NCBI GenBank assembly: GCA_036149055.1
Contig: JAYZQJ010000033.1
Span: 1 to 64,000 of the forward strand
Length of the DNA: 64,000 nt
Direction of reading: 5' to 3'
From: Myxococcota bacterium
GTDB lineage: Bacteria; Myxococcota_A; Polyangia; Polyangiales; Sandaracinaceae
In this document: positions 52,283 through 60,694 of the stretch, piece after piece
Position numbering within the stretch: the first letter of the stretch is position 1
Layout: each line of letters starts with the position of its first letter
Program-made: the position numbers and the translations under genes
The notes under the pieces: model-generated
Seen by the model: only the letters and a program-made list of their open reading frames with translations
The model's database searches: none
What the model was told of the DNA's origin: nothing

Positions 52283-53215
52283 GTGATGAAAACGATGCTT
52301 GGACTCTCCGATCGCCTCCTGGGGGTGATCGCCCTCTGCTCGTGCTTGCTCGGCGCGTCCGTGACCGCCGCGCAGGACGAGCCCCCCGCCGCCTCGCTGC
52401 TCCGCACCTCGACCGCCGAGGGCGTCCGAGGCGGCTTCGGCGGCGCCATCGACCGCATCGTGCGCACGCGACTCGACGCCCTCGAGGTGGTGCGCATCCG
52501 CGGCAGCGTCGCGCTCGACGTCTCCGAGGTGCAGCTCGCGCTCGGGTGCGTGGGCGAGACGCCGGAGTGCCTCGGCCAGGTCGCCCAGCAGCTCGACGTG
52601 CAGGTCCTGCTCCTGCCGAACCTGGACCGGGCGGGCGACGAGCTCATCCTGAGCGTCGCGGTCTTCCGCGCCTCCGACGGCGACCTCAGCCGGGTCGTGC
52701 GGCGGGCCAGCGGGTCGGACGCAGAGACCCAGCTCCTCGACGCGGTCGACGGGCTGCTCCGCGAGCTGTTCGGGCTCCCGCCGGCCGAAGAGGAGGAGCC
52801 GGGCCTCGAGGTCGGGCAGGGATCGGGCGAGGGGACCGCGACCCCGGTGACCCCCGCGCCTGCGGAGCCGGCGATCGCCGGGCCCGCGATCGTGCTCGGC
52901 GTCGGCGCGGCCGCGCTGATCGGCGGGATCGTGACCGGGGCGCTCTTCCTCGGCGAAGAGGAGGGCTACCGCGAGGTGCCGCAGACGCCGGCCGACGTGG
53001 CCGACCGCGACGCCCACCGCGAGAGCGCCGAGACGCTGGCGCTCACCACCAACATCCTGCTCATCGGCGGCGGCGCGGTGGCCGCGGCCGGCGTGGTCTG
53101 GCTGGCGATCGAGCTGGCCGGCGCCGGCGGCGACGGTGACACCGCGCTCGTGCCGATCCTCGGGCCCCAGACGGCCGGGCTCTCCCTCTCGGGCACGCTT
53201 CCGGAGATCCGATGA
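52283..53215 (+). CDS. Secreted or envelope protein of unknown function
   Basis: Signal peptide; C-terminal hydrophobic hairpin; ATGA overlap with the next gene. Confidence 0.75.
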   Translation: MMKTMLGLSDRLLGVIALCSCLLGASVTAAQDEPPAASLLRTSTAEGVRGGFGGAIDRIVRTRLDALEVVRIRGSVALDVSEVQLALGCVGETPECLGQVAQQLDVQVLLLPNLDRAGDELILSVAVFRASDGDLSRVVRRASGSDAETQLLDAVDGLLRELFGLPPAEEEEPGLEVGQGSGEGTATPVTPAPAEPAIAGPAIVLGVGAAALIGGIVTGALFLGEEEGYREVPQTPADVADRDAHRESAETLALTTNILLIGGGAVAAAGVVWLAIELAGAGGDGDTALVPILGPQTAGLSLSGTLPEIR

Positions 53216-55512
53216 ACCGCGCTCTCGCACTCTCGCTCTGCGCCTTCGCCCTCGGCGGCTGCTCGCTCGGCCTCGACGGCAACCCCGCCTACTGCGAGTC
53301 CGACGACGACTGCGCCGCCGGCCAGCGCTGCGAGCGCTTCGAGGGCCGCGACGACGGGCTCTGCGTGCCCGACACCGCGCCGATGGACGGCGGCCCCGAC
53401 GCGGGGCCCGACGGCGGGACCGACGGGGGCCGCTGCGTCGACGGGGCGCCCTGCTACTCGGGCCCGGACGGCACCGAGGGCGAGGGCGTCTGCGTCGCCG
53501 GCATGGTCGAGTGCCGGGACGGAGTCGCGTTCTGTCGCGACGAGGTCGTGCCGAGCGACGACGACAGCTGCGACGGCGTCGACCAGGACTGCGACGGCGC
53601 GACCGACGAGGAGGCCCCGGCGATGATGGCCTGCCCCATCTCGCAGCCCGGCGTCTGCGCAGCCGGTGAGTTCCGCTGCGTCGACGCGGAGTACCGCTGC
53701 CGCCCGATCGAGGAGGCCTCGCCCGAGACCTGCGACGGCAACGACGAGGACTGCGACGCCATCGTCGACGAGGACACCGACACCGAGTGCTACGGCATGG
53801 CCCCGGTGGGCTGCCGGCTCGAGGGAGGCCGCTTCGTCTGCACCGGCGTCTGCGCGCCCGGCCGCACCCTCTGCGAGGGCGGGACGGGGACCTGCGTCGG
53901 AGAGCGGATCCCGAGCGCGATGGACGGCTGCACGACCAGCGGCACCGCGTTCGACAACGACTGCGACGGCATGATCGACGAGGACTGCGCCGAGGCGTGC
54001 ACCGACGGCGAGACCCGCGACTGCTACACCGGGCCCTCCTCCGCCGCCGCGCGCGGTCAGTGCGCGCTGGGCTCCCAGACCTGCAGCGGCGGGGTCTTCG
54101 GCGCCTGCACCGGCTCGGTGCTGCCGACCGACGAGACCTGCGCGAACCCGGGTCAAGACGACGACTGCAACGGCGAGGTCGACGACATCGACGGCGAGGG
54201 CGAGGGCTGTGTCGACGAGATGGCGATGGGCGCGTGCCGACGCGGCGTGCTGACCTGCGTGGCCGCCGCCCTGGACTGCGTGACCCCGTCCCCGGCGCCG
54301 ATGGAGGCCTGCGACGGCCGCGACGACGACTGCGACGGCACCGTCGACGAGGGCTTCGACTTCATGGCCAGCGAGGACCACTGCGGCGGCTGCGGACTGA
54401 GCTGTGGCCCGATGCAGACCTGCTGCATGGGCACCTGCACCGACACCGAGAGCGACGAGATGGCCTGCGGCAGCTGCGGCAACGCCTGCGGCGCGGGTGA
54501 GGGCTGCTGCGACGGCGGCTGCCTCGATCTGCAGAACGACGCGATGAACTGCGGCGCGTGCGGCAACGTCTGCCCCGGCACCCAGTCGTGCTGCGGCGGC
54601 ACCTGCGTCGACACCCGGAGCGACACCGGGAACTGCGGCACCTGCGGCACCGCCTGCACGGGCGGCGACGCCTGCTGCGACGGAAGCTGCGCCGACCCGC
54701 TCAGCACCGCCTGCACGATGTGCGCGATGGACTGCATGCCGGGCCAGACCTGCTGCGCCCCCACCTGCACCGACACCTCGACCGACCCCGCGAACTGCGG
54801 CGGCTGCGGCACCGCGTGCGCGATGGGGGACGCGTGCTGCGGGAGCAGCTGCGCGGACACCGACACCGACCCGGCCAACTGCGGCACCTGCGGCACCGCC
54901 TGCAGCGGGGCGACCGACACCTGCTGCGACGGCGGCTGCGTCGACGTCGACACCGACGAGATGAACTGCGGCGGCTGCGGCGTCACCTGCGGCATGGACG
55001 AGACCTGCTGCGGCGGGGCGTGCGTCGATCTCGACGACGACGCGGCGAACTGCGGGGCGTGCGGCACGGCGTGCACCACCGGCAGCCGCACGAGCTGCAC
55101 CAACGGCGAGTGCTGCCAGCCCGGCGACACCTACTGCGCGGGCGCGGGGCGCTGCACCGACCTGGACACCGACGCCCTCAACTGCGGCGGCTGCGGAGTG
55201 ACCTGCGGGGCGGGCCAGAGCTGCTGCGGCGGCGCCTGCATCAACCCGCTCAACGACGAGCTGAACTGCGGCGGCTGCGGGGTCACCTGCGCGGCCGGCG
55301 AGACCTGCTGCGGCGGCAGCTGCGAAGATCTGCGGAGCAGCGACACCGACTGCGGCACCTGCGGCAACAGCTGCGGTGTGAACGAGGCCTGCTGCGCCTC
55401 GGCCTGCCGCAACACCCAGACCGACGAGGACTACTGCGGCGACTGCGACACGTCCTGCGGCGGCTTCCAGATCTGCTGCCGCGGCAGCTGCCAGGGCGGG
55501 CTCTGCTTGTAG
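53212..55512 (+). CDS. Cys-rich repeat lipoprotein
   Basis: Lipobox LGGC; 5 CDGxDxDCDGxxDE-type motifs; about 12 DxxNCGxCGxxC...CC repeats. Confidence 0.85.
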   Translation: MNRALALSLCAFALGGCSLGLDGNPAYCESDDDCAAGQRCERFEGRDDGLCVPDTAPMDGGPDAGPDGGTDGGRCVDGAPCYSGPDGTEGEGVCVAGMVECRDGVAFCRDEVVPSDDDSCDGVDQDCDGATDEEAPAMMACPISQPGVCAAGEFRCVDAEYRCRPIEEASPETCDGNDEDCDAIVDEDTDTECYGMAPVGCRLEGGRFVCTGVCAPGRTLCEGGTGTCVGERIPSAMDGCTTSGTAFDNDCDGMIDEDCAEACTDGETRDCYTGPSSAAARGQCALGSQTCSGGVFGACTGSVLPTDETCANPGQDDDCNGEVDDIDGEGEGCVDEMAMGACRRGVLTCVAAALDCVTPSPAPMEACDGRDDDCDGTVDEGFDFMASEDHCGGCGLSCGPMQTCCMGTCTDTESDEMACGSCGNACGAGEGCCDGGCLDLQNDAMNCGACGNVCPGTQSCCGGTCVDTRSDTGNCGTCGTACTGGDACCDGSCADPLSTACTMCAMDCMPGQTCCAPTCTDTSTDPANCGGCGTACAMGDACCGSSCADTDTDPANCGTCGTACSGATDTCCDGGCVDVDTDEMNCGGCGVTCGMDETCCGGACVDLDDDAANCGACGTACTTGSRTSCTNGECCQPGDTYCAGAGRCTDLDTDALNCGGCGVTCGAGQSCCGGACINPLNDELNCGGCGVTCAAGETCCGGSCEDLRSSDTDCGTCGNSCGVNEACCASACRNTQTDEDYCGDCDTSCGGFQICCRGSCQGGLCL

Positions 55513-55575
55513 GCAGTCCGACGAGGCAGCACCGGCGCTTCCTGCTATCCTGCGCCCATCCACGCGGTGTGGAAG

Positions 55576-57300
55576 ATGGTTGCGCGACCTACCGAGCCCG
55601 AGATGCCCACGACCGGAAGCGGTCGGGAGGCGGCGCGGCCCCCCTCGTCGGGGCCCGCCTCCACGCGCCCGGGCTCCGGCCTGGTGGGCCGGGTCGTGGC
55701 CGGCCGCTACCGCATCCTCCGGGAGATGGCCCGCGGCGGCCTGGGCCGGGTCTACGAAGCCCGCCACGTCGAGCTCGAGCGACGGGTGGCGATCAAGGTC
55801 CTCTCCGAGGAGGTCGCGCGGAACGCCGAGGCCATCAAGCGCTTCCAGCGCGAGGCGCAGACCGCGAGCCAGATCGGGCACCCGAACATCATCGACGTGC
55901 ACGACCTCGGCCGGACCGACACCGGCGCGCCGTTCCTCGCCATGGAGCTGCTCGACGGCGAGGACCTCGACGATCTGCTCGGCGCGGAGTCGAAGCTGCC
56001 CCCCGAGCGCACCCTCGAGATCCTCCGCCCGGTGGCCAGCGCGCTCGACGCGGTGCACGCGCGCGGCATCGTGCACCGCGACGTGAAGCCGGCGAACATC
56101 TTCCTCGCCCAGCGCGTCGACGGCAGCGAGGAGGTGAAGCTCCTCGACTTCGGCCTCGCCGCCTTCCAGGAGAACAGCGACCGGCTCACCCAGCTCGGCA
56201 GCGTGGTCGGCACCCCGCACTACATGCCGCCGGAGGCCGCGGAGGGAGAGCTGAGCGGACCGCAGGGCGACGTCTACTCGCTCGCCGCGGTCGCCTACGA
56301 GTGCCTCTGCGGCAAGCTGCCCTTCGACGCCGAGCAGTCGACCGGCGTGCTGGTGAAGAAGGTGGCGCGCGCGGCCCCGACGATGAGCGCCCGCACCGGC
56401 GAGGCCTACCCGCAGGCGGTGGAGGACGTGCTCGCCCGCGCCCTCGACCGGAGCCCCGCGATGCGCCAGGAGACCTGCCTGGGCTTCATCGACGCGCTCG
56501 CGGAGGCGATCGAGAAGCACTGGGGCGCGGAGCCCCTCGCCGCGCCGGCCCCGGCGCCCGACCTCGCGCCCGCCCCGGCGCCCGACATCCTCGAGTCGGG
56601 GACCTTCGAGGGGCCCCCACCCCGCAAGCCGATGGGGCGCTACGTCGCCCTCGGGCTGGTGGCGCTGCTGGCGATCGGCGGCGGCGCGTGGGCGCTCACC
56701 CCGGCGTCGACCCCGCCGACCGCCGATCCGGATCCCGAGCCGGTGGCGGAGGCCCGCCCGCCCGAGGCGACGACCGAGCCGACGACCGAGGCGACGGAGG
56801 CGGCCGAGACCACCGAGCCCACCGAGGCGCAGGCGGCCCCGGAGGGCGCGGCGACCGAGGAGGCGCCGGTCGAGGAGGCCTCCGCGCGCCCGGGTCGACG
56901 GGGGACGCGCCGCGCCGGATCGTCGACCGCGAGGGGCCGCCGTGGCTCGTCCACCGAGCAGGCCTCGTCCACCGAGCAGGCCGTGTCGGGCTCGGCGCCG
57001 ACCGTGACCGGCACCCGCGAGCCGGACCCGCCCGCCGCCGACACCGCGCGGGCCGAGCGCCTCGCCTCGCAGGCGGGCACCGAGCTCATCCGGGGGCAGG
57101 TCGCCGAGGCGGCGCGGCACGCGCGGCAGGCCACCATGGCCGATCCCGGGCACGGCCCCGGGTGGCGCATCCTCGGCATGGCCGAGGAGCGGCTCGGCCG
57201 GAACCCCGAGGCGGCCCGCGCCTACCGACGCTACCTGCGCATCGACGGCTCGTCGCCCGCGGCGGCGCAGGTCCGGCAGCGCCTCGCCGGCGTCGAGTGA
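55576..57300 (+). CDS. Membrane Ser/Thr protein kinase with C-terminal TPR-like domain, paralog 1
   Basis: VAIKVL, HRDVKPAN, DFG, GTPHYMPPE; TM helix; C-terminal AARAYRRYL. Confidence 0.93.
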   Translation: MVARPTEPEMPTTGSGREAARPPSSGPASTRPGSGLVGRVVAGRYRILREMARGGLGRVYEARHVELERRVAIKVLSEEVARNAEAIKRFQREAQTASQIGHPNIIDVHDLGRTDTGAPFLAMELLDGEDLDDLLGAESKLPPERTLEILRPVASALDAVHARGIVHRDVKPANIFLAQRVDGSEEVKLLDFGLAAFQENSDRLTQLGSVVGTPHYMPPEAAEGELSGPQGDVYSLAAVAYECLCGKLPFDAEQSTGVLVKKVARAAPTMSARTGEAYPQAVEDVLARALDRSPAMRQETCLGFIDALAEAIEKHWGAEPLAAPAPAPDLAPAPAPDILESGTFEGPPPRKPMGRYVALGLVALLAIGGGAWALTPASTPPTADPDPEPVAEARPPEATTEPTTEATEAAETTEPTEAQAAPEGAATEEAPVEEASARPGRRGTRRAGSSTARGRRGSSTEQASSTEQAVSGSAPTVTGTREPDPPAADTARAERLASQAGTELIRGQVAEAARHARQATMADPGHGPGWRILGMAEERLGRNPEAARAYRRYLRIDGSSPAAAQVRQRLAGVE

Positions 57301-57322
57301 CGCCGCGCGCCCGCCTCGAGCG

Positions 57323-58657
57323 CTACCTCAAGCCGTTGCGGCGGAGCAGCGAGAACAGGTAGCTGCGGTCGAGCCCGGCGTCGCGGGCGGCCTGCGAGAC
57401 GTTGCCGTCGGCGCGCCCGAGGAGGTGGTCGAGGTAGAAGCGCTCGAAGTCGCCGAGCGCGCGCTTGCGCGCCTGCTTGTAGGGCAGCGTGAGGATCGAC
57501 GCGTCGTAGGAGCTCGGCGCGGCCGGGCTCTCGGCGCCCTCCGGGACGGCCATCACGTCCACCGGCGGCAGCGCGCCGAGCGCGAGGGTCGCGTCGACGA
57601 GGTTGCGCAGCTCCCGCACGTTCCCCGGCCAGCGGTGCGACTCGAGCTCCGCCAGGTCGGCCTCGGTGAAGAGGGAGTGGATGTCGGTGTCCTCGCCGCG
57701 CTCCTCGAGGAAGTGCTCGATGAGCACCCGCACGTCGCCCTCCCGCTCGCGCAGCGCCGGCAGCTCGAGGCGGAGGACCGCGAGCCGGTAGTAGAGGTCG
57801 AGCCGGAAGTCGCCCGAGTTCACCTCCGCGCGGAGATCGCGGTTGGTCGCCGCGACGATGCGGACGTCGACCGGCACCTCGGTCTGCCCGCCGACCCGGC
57901 GGAAGCTGCGGCGCTCGAGGGCGCCGAGCAGCACCGGCTGGAGCTCGCGCGGCAGCTCGCCGATCTCGTCCAGGAAGAGGGTGCCGCCGTGGGCCTGCTC
58001 GAGCGCGCCCACCCGCTGCCGCTCGGCGCCGGTGAAGGCGCCCTTCTCGTGCCCGAAGAGCTCGCTGGCCACGAGGGTGGGCGCGAGCGCGCCGCAGTCC
58101 ACGGTGACGAAGGGCTCCTCGTTGCGCTTGCTCGACTCGTGGACCGCCCGGGCGACGAGCTCCTTGCCGGTCCCCGACTCGCCGACGAGCAGCACCGACG
58201 CGTCCGAGCGCGCGGCCCGCTTCACCCAGGCCATGACCCGGCGCATCACCGGGCTCGCCCCGACCAGCGGGCCGAGCCGATCGGTGTCGTGCACCTCGAC
58301 GTCGATGGGGTTGCCGTCGCGGACCACCAGCCGGGTCCGGCCGAGGGCCAGCGTCGTGTCGGGGGCGACGACCGCCCGCCCGAGCCGCGCCGGGCCCACG
58401 TAGGTCCCGTTCGTCGATCCCTGATCGACCACCTCGACCCCGTCGGCGGTGCGCCGGAGCTCGAGGTGATAGCGGCTGACCGTCTCGTCGCCGAGGATGA
58501 GATCGTTGCCCTGGGCGGTGCCCACCGTCAGGCGCTCGCGCTCGCCCCACACGGACCGGCCAACGTCCGTCCCCTCCGTGACGTCGACGCGCAGCGTCTG
58601 GACCGCGGCCGCGGCCTGGCTGTCGCCCCACTTTCTGGTTCGCCTGTCCGACACCAT
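57323..58657 (-). CDS. FHA-domain sigma54 enhancer-binding protein
   Basis: FHA (VSRYH, GSTNGT), GESGTGKE, GAFTGA, Fis HTH GNVSQAARDAGLDRSYL. Confidence 0.93.
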   Translation of the reverse strand: MVSDRRTRKWGDSQAAAAVQTLRVDVTEGTDVGRSVWGERERLTVGTAQGNDLILGDETVSRYHLELRRTADGVEVVDQGSTNGTYVGPARLGRAVVAPDTTLALGRTRLVVRDGNPIDVEVHDTDRLGPLVGASPVMRRVMAWVKRAARSDASVLLVGESGTGKELVARAVHESSKRNEEPFVTVDCGALAPTLVASELFGHEKGAFTGAERQRVGALEQAHGGTLFLDEIGELPRELQPVLLGALERRSFRRVGGQTEVPVDVRIVAATNRDLRAEVNSGDFRLDLYYRLAVLRLELPALREREGDVRVLIEHFLEERGEDTDIHSLFTEADLAELESHRWPGNVRELRNLVDATLALGALPPVDVMAVPEGAESPAAPSSYDASILTLPYKQARKRALGDFERFYLDHLLGRADGNVSQAARDAGLDRSYLFSLLRRNGLR

Positions 58658-58698
58658 CGCTCACATTACCTCGGATCGCGGTCAGATGGGGGAGATTG

Positions 58699-58785
58699 CT
58701 GTGGGCATACACCCCACAGATGTGGGCGGCCGCTCCCCAAGCTAGCCTTCACCGCGGCACGGTGAGCCTTCGGAACGGTGCTTGC
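58699..58785 (+). promoter_or_regulatory. Tandem 21-bp palindromic sites plus sigma54 promoter upstream of kinase 2
   Basis: CTGTGG-N9-CCACAG (58699), ATGTGG-N9-CCCCAA (58720), GGAACGGTGCTTGC (58772-58785). Confidence 0.75.
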
Positions 58786-58815
58786 CTCATATCGAGACCG
58801 AAGGGACGTGCGAAC

Positions 58816-60462
58816 ATGGTCGCGGAGGCAATGCCGATGGAACGAGAGGAGGGCGTGGATCCGCTCGTCGGCTCCGAGATCGCGGGTCGATACCGCGTCG
58901 ACCGGCGCGTCGCGTCCGGCGGCATGGGCGACGTCTACGAGGGAGAGCACATCGAGCTCGGCCGTCGTGTCGCGATCAAGGTGCTGTCACAGAGCTACTC
59001 GCGGAACGAGGAGGCCGTCGCGCGGTTCCTGCGGGAGGCGCGGTCCGCGAGCCGGATCGATCACCCCGCGATCGTCGACATCATCGATCTCGGGCGGCTC
59101 GACGCCGGCGAGCCCTACCTCGTCATGGAGCTGCTCGAGGGCGAAGATCTGGCCGACGTCATCGCCCGCGAGGCGCCGGTCCCCGCGTCTCGGGTGGTGG
59201 AGCTGCTCGAGCCGGTGGCCAGCGCGCTCGACGCCGTGCACCAGCAGGGCATCCTCCACCGCGACATCAAGCCCGCGAACATCTTCCTCTCGGTGCGCTC
59301 CGACGGAAGCGTGCGCCCCAAGCTGCTCGACTTCGGCCTCGCCGCGCTCCGGGAGGCGCCCGACGAGGAGAAGCTCACCCGCGACGGCATCGTCGTCGGC
59401 ACGCCGCACTACGTGTCGCCGGAGGCGGCGGAGGGCGAGCACGTCGACCAGCGGACCGACGTCTACTCGCTGGGTCTCGTCGCGTACGAGCTGCTCGCCG
59501 GCGGCCTGCCCTTCGACGGCGAGAAGCCGATGTCGCTGCTCTACGCGAAGGTGCGGCGCCCGGCGCCCACCCTGAGCGCCAAGACCGGCCGCACCTTCGA
59601 CTCCGACGTGGAGCGCCTGATCGGGCGCACCCTGAGCCGCACCCCGAGCAAGCGCCCGGAGACCTGCGGCGAGCTCATCGGCGAGCTGAAGCGCATCGCG
59701 GAGTCCCTCCCGGCCGACTCGACCCAGGTCGACCTCCCCGAGACGGCGCCCGCCCCGGTGGACGATCGCCCGGAGCACGAGCGGCCGATGATGCCGTCCG
59801 AGCTCGAGATCCCCGGTCACGGGATGCCGTGGAAGAAGCTCGGGCTGGCCCTCCTGCTCCTGCTCCTGCTCGGAGGCGGCCTCTACGCGCTCCGCGCCGG
59901 TGACGGCGAGGCCGAGGCGCCGACCGATGGCCCCGAGGTCGCCGACGGAGAGGAGACCGAGGCGACCGAGGAGACGGCGCCCGAGGGAGAGGCGCCCGAG
60001 CCCGCGATTCCGGAGGCGGAGGGGCTCGCCGCGCCCGAGACTCCGGTCGAGCCCGCCGCCGAGGAGCCCACGCCGGAGGCGGAGATCGCCGCCGCTCCCC
60101 CGCCCCGCCGCGGTCGCGCGCCCCGCCGGCCCGCCGCCGAGGAGACGCCGCCGCCGCAGGCGCCGGCCGCGACGCCCACCCCGCCGGTCGAGGCGGAGTC
60201 CGACCCGGAGCGCGCCGCCTCCCTCGCGCGCGAAGGCGGCACCGCGATCCTCCGGGGCCAGTTCCCGCGGGCGCGGCAGCTCTACCGCCAGGCCACCTAC
60301 GCCGACCCCAGCCACGCCGGCGCCTGGCGCGGCCTCGGGCTGGCGAGCGAGCGCATGGGCCTCGGCCCGGAGGCGGCCACCGCCTACGAGCGCTACCTGC
60401 GCCTCGCGCCCACCGCCTCGGACGCGGCCCAGGTCCGCGAGCGCCTCTCGCGCCTGCGCTGA
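58816..60462 (+). CDS. Membrane Ser/Thr protein kinase with C-terminal TPR-like domain, paralog 2
   Basis: GGMGDVY, HRDIKPAN, DFG, GTPHYVSPE; TM helix; start may be 58837. Confidence 0.93.
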   Translation: MVAEAMPMEREEGVDPLVGSEIAGRYRVDRRVASGGMGDVYEGEHIELGRRVAIKVLSQSYSRNEEAVARFLREARSASRIDHPAIVDIIDLGRLDAGEPYLVMELLEGEDLADVIAREAPVPASRVVELLEPVASALDAVHQQGILHRDIKPANIFLSVRSDGSVRPKLLDFGLAALREAPDEEKLTRDGIVVGTPHYVSPEAAEGEHVDQRTDVYSLGLVAYELLAGGLPFDGEKPMSLLYAKVRRPAPTLSAKTGRTFDSDVERLIGRTLSRTPSKRPETCGELIGELKRIAESLPADSTQVDLPETAPAPVDDRPEHERPMMPSELEIPGHGMPWKKLGLALLLLLLLGGGLYALRAGDGEAEAPTDGPEVADGEETEATEETAPEGEAPEPAIPEAEGLAAPETPVEPAAEEPTPEAEIAAAPPPRRGRAPRRPAAEETPPPQAPAATPTPPVEAESDPERAASLAREGGTAILRGQFPRARQLYRQATYADPSHAGAWRGLGLASERMGLGPEAATAYERYLRLAPTASDAAQVRERLSRLR

Positions 60463-60481
60463 TCTCGAACGGATCGCCCAC

Positions 60482-60515
60482 CGAACGCCCGCGGCCCCCC
60501 AGCCGCGGGCGTTCG
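60482..60515 (+). terminator. Hairpin downstream of kinase 2
   Basis: CGAACGCCCGCGGC/GCCGCGGGCGTTCG inverted repeat. Confidence 0.6.
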
Positions 60516-60545
60516 TGCGTCTGTCCCTGGATCGGGTGTCGGAGC

Positions 60546-60642
60546 CTATGGTCGAGCCGACCACAGCTGTGGGGTGGGATCCCATAGGTGCCGCCCTCCG
60601 GCGCGCGAAAACGGGGCGGCGCGGAGTGGGAACGGTGTTTGC
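60546..60642 (+). promoter_or_regulatory. Tandem 21-bp palindromic sites plus sigma54 promoter upstream of the Ig-like lipoprotein
   Basis: CTATGG-N9-CCACAG (60546), CTGTGG-N9-CCATAG (60567), GGAACGGTGTTTGC (60629-60642). Confidence 0.75.
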
Positions 60643-60694
60643 GAACCATCGGCCCGAGTGTCGGACCCTGGGATGCGCTGGGAGGACTAGAACG

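Noticed and set aside
53212..55512. TraA-like kin-recognition receptor
   Set aside because: No PA14-like domain, MYXO-CTERM tail or adjacent OmpA-type TraB seen
52966..57153. 1395-aa minus-strand ORF, and similar long ORFs at 59675-63232, 33069-36335, 45433-48339, 28438-31053 and 10315-12663
   Set aside because: Antisense or off-frame shadows of real genes in high-GC DNA; Arg/Gly/Ala-rich with no motifs
58756..58769. Alternative sigma54 site at GGCACGGTGAGCCT
   Set aside because: No GC at the -12 position; the 58772 site fits GG-N10-GC and matches the 60629 site
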